A stretch of 64,000 nt of DNA, taken from positions 3,712,001-3,776,000 of the forward strand of contig OZ252149.1 of the NCBI GenBank assembly GCA_965248755.1, given 5' to 3'. This DNA is from Candidatus Latescibacterota bacterium. GTDB taxonomy: Bacteria; Latescibacterota; CBDEFO01. Made by a program: the position numbers and the translations under genes. Positions 31,375-44,000 of this stretch are shown one piece after another (within the stretch, counting starts at the first letter, position 1; each line of letters begins with the position of its first letter). The notes under the pieces are model-generated. The model worked only from the letters and a program-made list of their open reading frames with translations. It was not told the DNA's origin and did no database searches.

Positions 31375-33608
31375 ATTACGGCTTTTCCGGGTTCAGGGGA
31401 GAAAAAGTCGAAACCAGCGGGGAATTCCCGGCCCGGAGCTGGAAATGCCCGCAGGAATGTCACAGGGCCCGCGAAACGAAGGCGTATCTCGCCTGCTACC
31501 ACACCTTTGTCACCCTCAGTAGGGTTACCCAGATCACGAGCAAAGATAGGGACTACAGCCTGTCCTCCGGGACCTGCGATCTCCTCACCTGCTCCCACTT
31601 CGACAGGAAATGCTGTCTCGAACGAGACGATGAGCTCTTCATGAGTCTGCTGCCCCAGTTCGTCCCTTGCCGAGATGCTTACGTCGAAAAACCGTGGAAC
31701 ATCAGGGGGAGTAAAGAACAAGTCGCTGCCCCACAACCCGTCTCCGGGGAGCCCATCTTCGTGTGCCCCGTCGTCGAAGAGGGGGAACATCTCAGGGACA
31801 AAGAGCGAATCGTTCGGGTCCATCAGCATGGCATCCACGGAAATGACGCCGTCTGGATCGGTCACCTCAGCGAAGATCCGCACAGGTGCGCCTACAGGAA
31901 CGATGCGTCGGGATACGTTTACGTTGGCTATAGCAGGTCCCGGATTAAAGGGAGTGGTAAACTGGACCTGTCCTCTGATTTCTCCAGGCCCGTTCAAAGT
32001 TGTATGGATGTTGACGTAGATACTATCGGAAAAGAGTTGCCTTCTCCGCTCACGTGTAAGAGGCGCAGGGTCTGTGTCTTTCCAACGTCCCTTTATGGTG
32101 TTGCCATTGATCTCTTCGGGTGTAAAGCCGCGAATGACGCCGCCTGGTTCACCTGGTGCACCTAGATGAAAATGGGCGCCAGTTATTGGACCGCTCAAAG
32201 CGTCAACGGTGATGCGGAACCCCAAGTCTACTGTCCCTGCAGGGTTCAGTACATATCCAAAATTACCTGTTCCGGACGGATTTAGCCCCGCAGGAATTGT
32301 AGGACGAGGAATCTCCTGCGTTGTGTTCAACACAGCTGTGAAACCGACGTGCCTTTTCACACGGACCTGTCCTCTGATTTCGCCGGGCGGGTTTAAGTCT
32401 GTATGGATGTTGACGTAGATATCACCGTTCACCAGTTGACTCACCCGTTCAGGTGTAAGAGGCGCTGCGTCTGCTCCCGTCCAGACCCCGGATATGGTGT
32501 TGCCAGCGATCTCCGCGGCGGTAAAGCCGCGAATGGGAGGACCGGCTACACCGAATAGACCCTCGTGAAAATGGGCGGCTGATATTGGGCCGCTCAGACC
32601 GGTGACTGTGATGTGGAAGCTTAACTCTGTCCGTGCAATGTTGAGCGCGAACCAACCTGTTCCGGTCGGATTTAGCCCCGCAGGAATTATAGGAGCAGGG
32701 ATCTCCTGCAATGTGTTCAACGCGGTTCCAAAGCCGGTTTGTGCATTGGCGGGCGTGGCAGGCGGAGGCGCAGCAGGCGCAACACCCTCGCCGGCCAGCG
32801 GGACTCCTAAGACCTGGGTATACGGATCGTTGCTGTTGATCCACAACGTATCGTTTAATACAAGCGCAGAACCAGGTTCAAACCTAACGTGAATCTTGGT
32901 CATTCCACCCGGAGGGATCCTGTCCGGACCAAACAAGGTTGCACCGAACGGCAGCGCAGCCGGCGTTAGAGAAAGGCCAGTTATATCCAGCGTATCCCCA
33001 CCTGTATTGTTCACCATCAAGGAGTCAACCTTGAAAGCGCCCACTTCCACAGTGCCGAAGTCAAGAGCAGGCGGAGTTACAGCTATATTGGGCGCAGGTG
33101 GTGGTCCTGCTGCTTCAAAAGTTATTGTGGTGGTCATTGGGACTGTTATCTTGGATTGAATCCCTGAGATTCTTATAGAATAAGTTATTCCTGCAGTTAA
33201 ATTTATAGTTGCAGTTTCACCTTGTCGTCCAATATTATCAATGTCCTGACAATGTACTTCTGTAAGTGGGTGAGAAATTTCTGTATATACTCCTAATGAG
33301 ATATCATCATATAACGAGATTCCGTTCGCAGTACCATCACCGCTTGTAGTAATAGTGATATTACCACTAGAAGCAGGTGTAATTTTATACCACCAACTTT
33401 GAGCAAAGATTCCGAAAGGACTACACGTAACTTCATCGGCCTCCAAAGTTGCCGCGTCAGGAGTAGCAACTGTATCACTAAATGGGAAAACCAATACGTT
33501 GATAGCATTCGACAGATCATCGTTAGGCGGTACTTGAGCCTGTACATAGGTAGGCGCAGTCAAAGCGATTAACAGTACCACGGAATCAAAAACGGTTATG
33601 CGTTGCAT
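31375..33608 (-). pseudogene. N-terminal part of a secreted protein with Ig-like, two CHRD and cohesin domains (about 1117 aa reconstituted)
   Basis: Signal peptide; two CHRD repeats (AHFH.G..G..G, YVNIHT..N..GEIRGQV); LFDDGAH motif; cut at ...SPEPGKAVI by IS. Confidence 0.82.
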
Positions 33609-33868
33609 TTTAAGTCCCCCCTGCTTTTTAGGGTTGATGAAACTTGTAGGGTTGATTTTACACTAAAGCCAGGCTAATTTGTGTCACCTCCATATCTATG
33701 TGAGTAAAAATATGTCAAAAAGCAATCCTGTAGGGGCGGGCTAACCCCGCCCCTACATTATAATTACGGGAAAGATAACAAAATCTTTGCGTCTATACCG
33801 TGACACAGGTCACAAGATAAGAGAAAATGAAACAGATGTCAATAAAACTTTTCCGACTGATGGACAGT

Positions 33869-34990
33869 CTACCGCATCAGTATCAGCTTCCTGGTCTGCA
33901 CGAATCCATCTGTTTCCATGCGATAGAGATAGACACCGCTGGCGAGGTTTTCGCCGTTGCTATCTTTAGCGTTCCACACTAAAGAGTGGCTCCCTGCATC
34001 CATCTCTCCGTCCACCAACCTCGCTACCTTCTGCCCCATCATATTGAAGACAGATATGGCAACGTGGCTTCTAACAGGCAGATCGTAGTGGATAACCGTC
34101 TCAGGGTTGAACGGATTGGGATAGTTCTGTGAGAGGGCATAAGTTTCGGGTATGACATCCAGCGACAGCTCAGTCTGCTCGGTTGCCGCAGGGATTAAGC
34201 CCTCGTTGAGCTGGATGTCCTTAATCCTTAACAGAGTAGTCTCCAATCCATCACTCACACCGGGTATAGTCTCAAACTTGATGTAGGCTATGTCTCCGCT
34301 GCCTTCTACTCCGTCTGCGGAGGCAAATGCTATCTTGACCTCGTCCCCCTCAATATTGCTCTGGAACATAAACTGGGACATCATATCTGAAGGAGATACG
34401 CTCACTGCCTTCAGCCTTGATGCGTCGTAGCTTATAGACATATATGCTCCGAGCACACCTGACATATCGTCTATGGAAACAGGGACCTTTATGCCCTTTT
34501 CAGATGCTTGTACAGCATCAGATATCGCCACCGTGCGAGGTGAGACGGGCGCGGCCTTCGCAACACCAGGTTCTCCGAAGAACGGAAGTCCGGGTATCTT
34601 CCTGACCACCTTCTGGAGGATGCGGGATGCGTCAAATGGTGACACTGTCCCATCGCGAGTCACGTCTACGATGGCAAGGAACAGGTCTGTGTCTCCACCG
34701 AAGAAGTCGCGCAATATGTTCCTGGTCTGGACCACCCACTGTAGAACTAATGCGGCGTCGAAAGCCCTGACCGCACCGTTAAGGCTGCCATCGCCTACCT
34801 GCGCTACTGTGATGCCGCCGTCGAACTTGACCACAGGTGGGTCACCCTCGTTCAGGATCGTTTGACGCCCTAGCACAAATATTTCGATACTTGAGCCCAA
34901 CAATACGCCGGGATCTACTTCGAATACCGCAAATGCCAGGATGCCCTTTGGAGTATCAACGAGCGGAGTAGGCGAGGCAAAGGCTATTAA
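33869..34990 (-). pseudogene. C-terminal part (cohesin end, dockerin, cohesin, FlgD-like) of the giant NHL-repeat protein
   Basis: Open from LIAFASPTP at the ATTAA duplication; paralogous to 28349-29474. Confidence 0.85.
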
Positions 34991-36616
34991 CCCCCATTCG
35001 CCATATTAGACCCGAAAAATGGTTGTCAAAGTCGCCAGAACATGTTATATTACAATAAATAAGACTCATAAATGGCGGATAAATATTGATCATCCAGAGG
35101 GTGAAAGAATGAAAGTAGGTTTTGATGGAGGAATAAAGCTTGAATTTCATGGTGCAAAGGTGACATCAAACGGTGGACTTCTTGCGTATCGTGACCTTGA
35201 TTACGCACTGGGATTATTTGATTCGGTATCAGCGGTTTTTACCGATAAACGCACAGGCCGTAATATCCAACATGATATATCTACTCTCCTGCGTCAATCG
35301 ATATACAGCCGTCTTGCAGGATATGAAGATGTAAATGACGCCGAGCGATTATCCGTTGATCCCGTCATGCGAGCGATTACCGGAAAGAAGGACAAAGGCA
35401 GGCAAGCTGCCAGCTCCAACACGATAGGACGTTTTGAAACTGATATACTGACTCAGCATGACAATCTCAGAAACTTGTCAGATATCAATGGCAAGTGGGT
35501 TCAAAAAGCGATGAGTAAAACACAGCATCAACGAATCATTCTGGACATGGACAGTTCGGAGAGTCCGGTACATGGCCAGCAGGAAGGATCAGCTTACAAC
35601 GGTCATTTCGGATGTACCTGTTTTCATCCAGTGTTCTGCTTCAATCAGTTCGGGGATTGTGAAGGAGTCCTACTTCGCTCTGGTAATGTTCACAGTGCTG
35701 ATCGTTGGAAGGAAGTTCTGGAACCGATCGTCAAGAGATACGAGAGCAAGAAGAATAGGAAATACTTTCGAGGCGATGCTGCATTCGCAAAGCCTGAGAT
35801 TTATGATTATCTGGAGGGAAACGGCTATTTGTATGCCATTCGGCTTCCCGCAAATGAGATACTCTATGAAAAGATACGATACCTGCTGACTCGGCCAGTT
35901 GGACGACCGCCGAGGAAACCGATTGTATCGTTATATGAATTTCAATATAAAGCGGCCAGTTGGGATCAATCGAGGCGAGTGGTCGCCAAGGTTGAATGGC
36001 ACCAAGGGGAGTTATTCCCAAGAGTGGGATTTATCGTGACCAACATGAGCGCCAAGCCAGAAGGCGTGGTACACTTCTACAATGGCCGTGGCAGAGCTGA
36101 GCAGTGGATTAAGGAGGGCAAGTATGCTCTGAACTGGACCCGACTCTCATGCAAGCGTTTCGTCTCCAATCAGGTGAGGCTCTGGCTGTTTGTTCTGGCT
36201 TACAACTTGGGCAACTTCCTGCGACGTTTTGTTCTTCCGAAGAAAATCAAACACTGGTCACTACGCAGCCTCCTCGTGAAATTTATCAAAATCGGAGCGA
36301 AGATTGTCAGACACAGCGGATATATTACGTTTCAAATGGCTGAGGTTGGGATAGACAAGAGGTTATTTGCCGAAATATTATCCCGGATTGAACGATTGCG
36401 ATGTTATTCTGTTTAAACTGCCACATTTTTTTGTGAGTCGATGGAGAGGTGTCTCTAATTGGAGGATTTAAACACAAAGAAAGTGATAATTCAGAGGAAA
36501 ATACTATTTTAATTGAAAAAAGTACTTGTTGAAAAATGTAAAAGTGGTAATATTAATTCAGAAACAAGAATGTATCGAAATATAATCCCTCATGAATGTG
36601 ATATGGGGAATGTCGG
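34991..36616 (+). mobile_element. IS1380-family element, copy B (1626 bp)
   Basis: Same ends and same 465-aa transposase (35019-36416). Confidence 0.95.
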
Positions 36617-36779
36617 TCAACATCTCACTGCTGCCTCCCCCGTACTTGAATATCACCTCATTGGGCTGATACTCCTTCTGCTGGCATACGCTCAGCACCA
36701 GCTTTGCCTCATCCACTGAGAGTTCCCCGAACATGGGGATCCTTCTTATCATGTTCAGCACTTTGAAGTCGGTTGCCAT
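36617..36779 (-). pseudogene. Cyclic-nucleotide-binding protein, N-terminal fragment cut by the IS right end
   Basis: GGAGG RBS; IPMFGELS.DE...Y.PNEVIF..G..SSEM pattern. Confidence 0.75.
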
Positions 36780-37169
36780 GTCTTATCCTCCTTCACGTAA
36801 CGGAAGGCTCTTCTCCCAAAACAGTAACGTGAACCCCAAAACATCAAAACTGGACAGATGGCTTAGCAAGTTTTTAGAATCATGCAAGAGCTCAAAATGA
36901 GTCTCCACGGGGGCTGTTATGTCAAATAAACCTTCTATCTTTACAGATGTACATTAGAAATAAGTTGTCTTGCACCACTCGATTTGGTAGAATAGGTATG
37001 CCCACCAACAGAAAGGTAAGACTGTCAAGTCGGGTAGTCTGTGCAACCAACGCGAAAAACTTGCTTTACTTGTCCAATTACGTGCTCAGAAAAACGGGTT
37101 CAGTTCATTCCCGCTCTTCCATTCCTATCGCCAAACTTTTTGTCTAAAATGTCCTGCACGATCATAAGT

Positions 37170-37775
37170 TTAATTTCTATCCTGTCTCACTAAAAAAAAG
37201 TAACTTATGTGGACTTTTAAGGCGGAGGCGATCTTACGTAAAGTAGAAATTGAAGCTGAACTGTCTCCCAATTCGATCTTGGATATTAGGCTTAGCGATA
37301 GCCCTGTCCTGTTTGCCAACTGCTTGATCGTTAACCCTTTTTCCTGCCTTAAAGCTCGAATCCTTTGTCCTATCTCTGATGCTAACTTTTCGTCAGGATC
37401 AATTTCCAGGCCCCTCTCAGCCAGAGCCTTTTGAATAACATCTAAAAGTTCTGGCATCCTGAATGGTTTCGTAATGTAATCAGTAACGCCCAGCTTCATC
37501 GTGGTGACAGCCGATTCCGTACTCGGGTAACCCGTCACTACGATTACAGACACATCCGAGTCGAACTTCCTTATGTCTACAAGGAGATCATCACCTGTTA
37601 TTGCGGGCATTTTTAGATCCAGAAGTACCACGTGATGCATCCCACTTTTAAGTTTGTCCATCGCCCTTTTGGGATCAGTGACACTTTCAACATCAAAACC
37701 CTCTTGAGTAAGGTAATGACTAAGCGAATCGCTAAATTCTTTGTCGTCGTCAATTATCAGTGTTTTAATCTTCAT
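37170..37775 (-). CDS. Response regulator with C-terminal XRE-type HTH
   Basis: IIDDD, LLDLKMP, DYITKPF; IGQRIRALRQEKGLTIKQLA...ISKIELG. Confidence 0.9.
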   Translation of the reverse strand: MKIKTLIIDDDKEFSDSLSHYLTQEGFDVESVTDPKRAMDKLKSGMHHVVLLDLKMPAITGDDLLVDIRKFDSDVSVIVVTGYPSTESAVTTMKLGVTDYITKPFRMPELLDVIQKALAERGLEIDPDEKLASEIGQRIRALRQEKGLTIKQLANRTGLSLSLISKIELGDSSASISTLRKIASALKVHISYFFLVRQDRN

Positions 37776-38167
37776 CTTAGCTTTAGTTCAATTCATGCTG
37801 AAGTTTTTGTCAGCACATCTTCAAGTTCTGACAGTTTAAAGGTTTTGTACAGTATCGCGTAAAAGCCTATTCCCCTTGCCGCTGTCCTCTTAGTAAAAAG
37901 CAATTAGGATCAAGCACTTGTCGATAAAAAGTTTCAACTATTGTTTTATGATATGACGTGAACCCCAAACTGGACAGGGTCTTAATATACGACGATGCCG
38001 ACTCTTTGTCAACCTTTTTCAAATCATAACATATATATTCTACAATTATTTAGTATGAATAAACTATTCTATAAATACTATATAAAAAGAAAGCCCGCCA
38101 TTTCTGACGGACTGTGTGTTTGAGTATCGCCGACTCTTTTACATTTAGAGACTCTTTACCTACAGGA

Positions 38168-41026
38168 TCATTCACTCGTTCCCATTATCACCTCGCGTAA
38201 TGTCTTGCTCAGTTCTTCGACCTTATATGGTTTGGCAACAAAACTGCTGAAACCATATTGCCTGAAATTGGCTAATACCGGATCGTTAGAATAACCGCTC
38301 GATACAACCCCCATTCGCCATATTAGACCCGAAAAATGGTTGTCAAAGTCGCCAGAACATGTTATATTACAATAAATAAGACTCATAAATGGCGGATAAA
38401 TATTGATCATCCAGAGGGTGAAAGAATGAAAGTAGGTTTTGATGGAGGAATAAAGCTTGAATTTCATGGTGCAAAGGTGACATCAAACGGTGGACTTCTT
38501 GCGTATCGTGACCTTGATTACGCACTGGGATTATTTGATTCGGTATCAGCGGTTTTTACCGATAAACGCACAGGCCGTAATATCCAACATGATATATCTA
38601 CTCTCCTGCGTCAATCGATATACAGCCGTCTTGCAGGATATGAAGATGTAAATGACGCCGAGCGATTATCCGTTGATCCCGTCATGCGAGCGATTACCGG
38701 AAAGAAGGACAAAGGCAGGCAAGCTGCCAGCTCCAACACGATAGGACGTTTTGAAACTGATATACTGACTCAGCATGACAATCTCAGAAACTTGTCAGAT
38801 ATCAATGGCAAGTGGGTTCAAAAAGCGATGAGTAAAACACAGCATCAACGAATCATTCTGGACATGGACAGTTCGGAGAGTCCGGTACATGGCCAGCAGG
38901 AAGGATCAGCTTACAACGGTCATTTCGGATGTACCTGTTTTCATCCAGTGTTCTGCTTCAATCAGTTCGGGGATTGTGAAGGAGTCCTACTTCGCTCTGG
39001 TAATGTTCACAGTGCTGATCGTTGGAAGGAAGTTCTGGAACCGATCGTCAAGAGATACGAGAGCAAGAAGAATAGGAAATACTTTCGAGGCGATGCTGCA
39101 TTCGCAAAGCCTGAGATTTATGATTATCTGGAGGGAAACGGCTATTTGTATGCCATTCGGCTTCCCGCAAATGAGATACTCTATGAAAAGATACGATACC
39201 TGCTGACTCGGCCAGTTGGACGACCGCCGAGGAAACCGATTGTATCGTTATATGAATTTCAATATAAAGCGGCCAGTTGGGATCAATCGAGGCGAGTGGT
39301 CGCCAAGGTTGAATGGCACCAAGGGGAGTTATTCCCAAGAGTGGGATTTATCGTGACCAACATGAGCGCCAAGCCAGAAGGCGTGGTACACTTCTACAAT
39401 GGCCGTGGCAGAGCTGAGCAGTGGATTAAGGAGGGCAAGTATGCTCTGAACTGGACCCGACTCTCATGCAAGCGTTTCGTCTCCAATCAGGTGAGGCTCT
39501 GGCTGTTTGTTCTGGCTTACAACTTGGGCAACTTCCTGCGACGTTTTGTTCTTCCGAAGAAAATCAAACACTGGTCACTACGCAGCCTCCTCGTGAAATT
39601 TATCAAAATCGGAGCGAAGATTGTCAGACACAGCGGATATATTACGTTTCAAATGGCTGAGGTTGGGATAGACAAGAGGTTATTTGCCGAAATATTATCC
39701 CGGATTGAACGATTGCGATGTTATTCTGTTTAAACTGCCACATTTTTTTGTGAGTCGATGGAGAGGTGTCTCTAATTGGAGGATTTAAACACAAAGAAAG
39801 TGATAATTCAGAGGAAAATACTATTTTAATTGAAAAAAGTACTTGTTGAAAAATGTAAAAGTGGTAATATTAATTCAGAAACAAGAATGTATCGAAATAT
39901 AATCCCTCATGAATGTGATATGGGGAATGTCGGACAATGGCCTTAACCTCAGGGTCTATTTCAAGCAGCTTCCTGATGGCTTCTTTTCCCCCGATACCGC
40001 CAGGCACAGTTAAATCCATAATAACTGCATCAAAGGGCTGTCCTGATTTCTGGGCCTGCTTGTAAAGCTTGATAGCTGCGGCGCCATCTTCGGCAAACTG
40101 TGCCTCATATCCAAAATGAGTCAGTATCTGGCTGAGGGACTCTCTGATGTCTTCCTCATCGTCCATGATCAAAATCTTGCCCTTGCCGGCAAGGGGTTTT
40201 TCCTCTACATCTTCCTTTATCTGGATTTCTTTTGAGGTAGCGGGGAGATAGATATGGAAGGTGGTTCTAACTCCCAACTCGGATTCTACACTTATGTACC
40301 CATCGTGGTTCGTAACTATGGAATAGGAAGTCGTAAGACCAAGGCCGCTGCCCTCCTGTTTAGTCGTGAAAAAGGGATCGAATATCTTATCAAGATGCTC
40401 CTGGGCTATACCGATCCCCTGATCTGCAACGCATGTTTTTATGTATTTTCCCTCCTGCAAAGGGAGAGCGCCTTTTGCTCCTACGGTAACATTTTCAGCA
40501 CGCATCTTAATTGTCCCGCCGTGGGGCATTGCCTGGTCAGCGTTGATAATCAAATTGTTGATGACCTGACTTATCTGTCCTTCATCAACTTCAACCGCCA
40601 AAAGACCGTCAGGGAAGGAGAATTCGCACTTAACATTGGAGCCTCTCAAGGCAAAGCCGACTGAATCTTTTATTAATTCTGAGATAGAGATCGTCTCCTT
40701 AATCGGCGCTCCGCCGCTGGAAAAGGTGAGCAATTGCTGGGTCAAGTCCTTTGCCTTTATGGACACTTTCTCTATCGTAGTCAATACCTCAGAGATTTCA
40801 TCTTCCGATTTTGCATACTTTGCAAGGGAGACATTGACCAAAATCGTAGCTAGAACATTATTAAAGTCGTGTGCAATTCCCGCTGCTACGTGTCCTAAAA
40901 CATTGAGCCTTTCCATCCGGACTATCTGCTCTTGCGCCTCCTGCAATTTTCGATAGGAGTGATCTAAATCCAGGCTCATCCGGCTCAGTTCCTGATTGGC
41001 TCTCTGCACAAGAGTAAAAATGTCCT
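38168..41026 (-). pseudogene. Hybrid sensor histidine kinase/receiver, 5'-truncated and split by IS copy C
   Basis: GIAHDFNN H-box, N-box, FDPFFTTK..GSGLGL, receiver MDDE/MDLT; ...KAIV|SSGYSND rejoins across the IS. Confidence 0.87.
38308..39933 (+). mobile_element. IS1380-family element, copy C (1626 bp), simple insertion
   Basis: ACAA duplication at 38304-38307 and 39934-39937; transposase 38336-39733. Confidence 0.95.
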
Positions 41027-44000
41027 ATTAAGGCTGTTCCAGGTTCAGGAGAGTTAAAATCGAAGCTACCGGGGAAGTCTCGTCCCGGACCCGGAGATGC
41101 CTTCAAAAATTTCACACTGGCTTGATCGAAACGGAGCGTTATCTCGCCTGCTATCACGCCTTTGTCGTCCAGACCAACAGCAAAGATAGGGATTATGGCC
41201 TGTCCTCCGGGACCTGCGATCTCCTCGCCTGCTCCCAAGGTCACAAAGTTAGACGGGTCGGCTGTCGCAAACGAGGCGGCGCTGTCTGCAAGGCTCTTCG
41301 CGCCGAGGTTGTCCTCCGCTTCGATGTTCACAAGGAACTGTCGGGGACGATCGGCGGGAGTAGGCCATGGAGCGCTGCCCCAGAGTATATCACCCGGATC
41401 TCCGTCGAAATGCGCCCCATCGTTGAAGAGGGGGACAAGCGCAGGAACAAAGGTCGCATCGGTCGGATCCCACACCATCGCCTCGACCGCGGCCACTCCG
41501 TCTGGATCGGTTACCTCAGCGAATATCCGCACAGGTTCGCCGACTGGAACGACACTTCGGGAGACTGCTACGTTGGCTATTTCAGGCCCAGCAGGAGCCA
41601 GAGCCGGAACGCCCCTGCCCATCAGAGGAACTCGCAAGGAGGGAGTATCCGGGTCGTTGCTGTTGATTATCAGTGTGTCGTAGGATACCGCCACAGACCC
41701 AGGCTCAAACCTGACCTCTATCTTGGTCATCCCAGCAGGACCAATCCTAGCCGGTCCTATCAAGGACGCACCAAACGGCAGAGCAGTCGGAGCCAGAGAA
41801 ATACCACTTATTTCCAGCGTATCGTTACCTGTATTGTTCACCATCAGGGAGTCAATCTTGAAAGCGCCCGCTTCGACAGTACCGAAGTCATGAGAAGGCG
41901 GAGTCACAACTATATTGGGCCCGGCAGGAGGAGTCACCTGAGGCCCCACCTTACGTATCCGGTCATTGGCAAAATCCGCAATATAGATAATCCCCGATCC
42001 ATCCACAAATACGCCACTAGGTAATTTCAAAGTCGCATCGGTAGCTAGACCGTCATCACCGGAAAATCCTCCGCCGCTGAAACCAGTAGCCCCACTTCCT
42101 GCCACGGTGGAGATGATGCCAGACGTATTATCCACCTTACGTATCCGATGATTGACCTGATCCGCAATATAGATATTGCCCAATCCATCCACGGATACGT
42201 CCTGAGGAGAATCCAAACTCGCAAGGGTAGCTAAACCATCATCACCGGAAAATGCTTGGGTGCCATTTCCTGCCACGGTGGAGATGATGCCCGATGTATC
42301 AACCTTACGTATCCGCTGGTTGAAAGAATCCGCAATATAGATAACCCCCGATGTATCCACGAATACGCCCATAGGCTGATTCAAACTCGCATCGGTAGCT
42401 TGACCACCATCGCCTATACCACTGGCAGGGAATCCACCTCCTGCCACTGTGGTGATGATGCCAGACGTATCCACCTTACGTATCCGATTATTGTTCATAT
42501 CCGCAATATAGATAATCCCTGATCCATCCACGAATACGCCCCAAGGGTGATTCAAACTCGCAACGGTAGCTTGACCGTCATCACCGGAAAATCCCCCGCC
42601 GCTGAAACCAATAGCCCCACTTCCCGCCACGGTGGTGAGGATGCCCGATTGATCAACCTTACGTATCCGGTGATTGATACGATCCGCAATATAGATAACC
42701 CCCAATCCATCCACGAATACGTCATGGGGCTGATTCAAACTCGCATCGGTAGCTTGACCACCATCACCGGAAAACCTTCCGAGCCCAGTAAGTGGATCCG
42801 TGAACCCATCTCCTGCCACGGTGGTGATGACGCCCGATTGATTCACCTTACGTATCCGCTGATTGTTCCTATCCGCGATATAGATATTACCTGATACATC
42901 CGTGAATACACCAACAGGCAAACCCAATCTCGCCTCGGTAGCTGGACCACCGTCACCTATATCAGGGAAAGTGAATCCACCTCCTGCCACGGTGGTAATG
43001 ATGCCCGGTGTGGGTGGAGGCGCAACATTAACGCCTTCTCCGGTCAGAGGGACTTCAAACACTGGGGTGTCAGGGTCGTTGCTGCTGATCCTCACAGTAT
43101 CGCTGACAGCTCCCACAGAAGCGGGTTGAAACTGAACAATAATTTTGGATAATCCGCCCGGAGGGATACTGTCAGGGTATGTGCCAAGCAAAGACACATT
43201 GAACGGCGGCCCTCCGTAGGTCGCCTGGGAGATAACAAGCGTATCCGTCCCGGTATTGCTCACCATCAAAGTATCTGATTTGGAAGCGCCCACGTCCACA
43301 GTACCGAAGTTCACAGAATCCGGATTCACAGCTATATTGGGCGTATCCTGTTGTGCAGCAATACCAACACCTGCTAAATTTACAAACAGAGTGTCGTCAG
43401 CGGCGTCTGGATCGTTGCTGGGTATGAGCAAAGTGGCATTCTTGGGCCCCGGAGCGCCAGGACTGAAAATCGCAACCACACTGATGTTACCACCTGGGAC
43501 AATAGCCGTACCGGAAAGATTGCCAAGAATAGGGTTAAAGCTGAAAGCAAGCGGATTGGGGCCGGTCTTGGAGACAGTTCCCAAGCGCAAAGTGTCATTG
43601 CCGGTATTTGTGATCGTCAGTGAATCTTGTCTCAATCCCCCGACTACGACAGTATCAAAACCGATAGAAACGGGATCAACAACTATATTGGCCGCAGGAG
43701 GAGGTGCAGCAGGCCCCACCTTACGTATCCGGTTATTGCCCCGATCCGCAATATAGATACTCCCCGATCCATCCACGAATACGCCAGAAGGAGTTCTCAT
43801 AGTCGCCTCGGTAGCTGGACCATCATCACCGGAAAAACTTCCGTTGTTAAGACCAGGAGTCCCACTTCCTGCCACGGTGAAGATGATGCCCGACGTATCC
43901 ACCATACGTATCCGATTACTGTACTGTTCCGCAATATAGATATTGCCCAATCCATCCCCAGATACGCCAATAGGATGATCCAATCTCGCCTCTGTAGCTA

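Noticed and set aside
31215..32165. 316-aa plus-strand ORF and similar ORFs starting MKFKLYSSIK or MKKVLVEK
   Set aside because: They start inside the IS1380 ends and read into flanking or antisense DNA; chimeric artefacts
40861..41026. Last ~55 residues of the 1902-aa ORF as its real C-terminus
   Set aside because: They are out-of-frame read-through into the passenger kinase gene; the true tail is at 34990-33869
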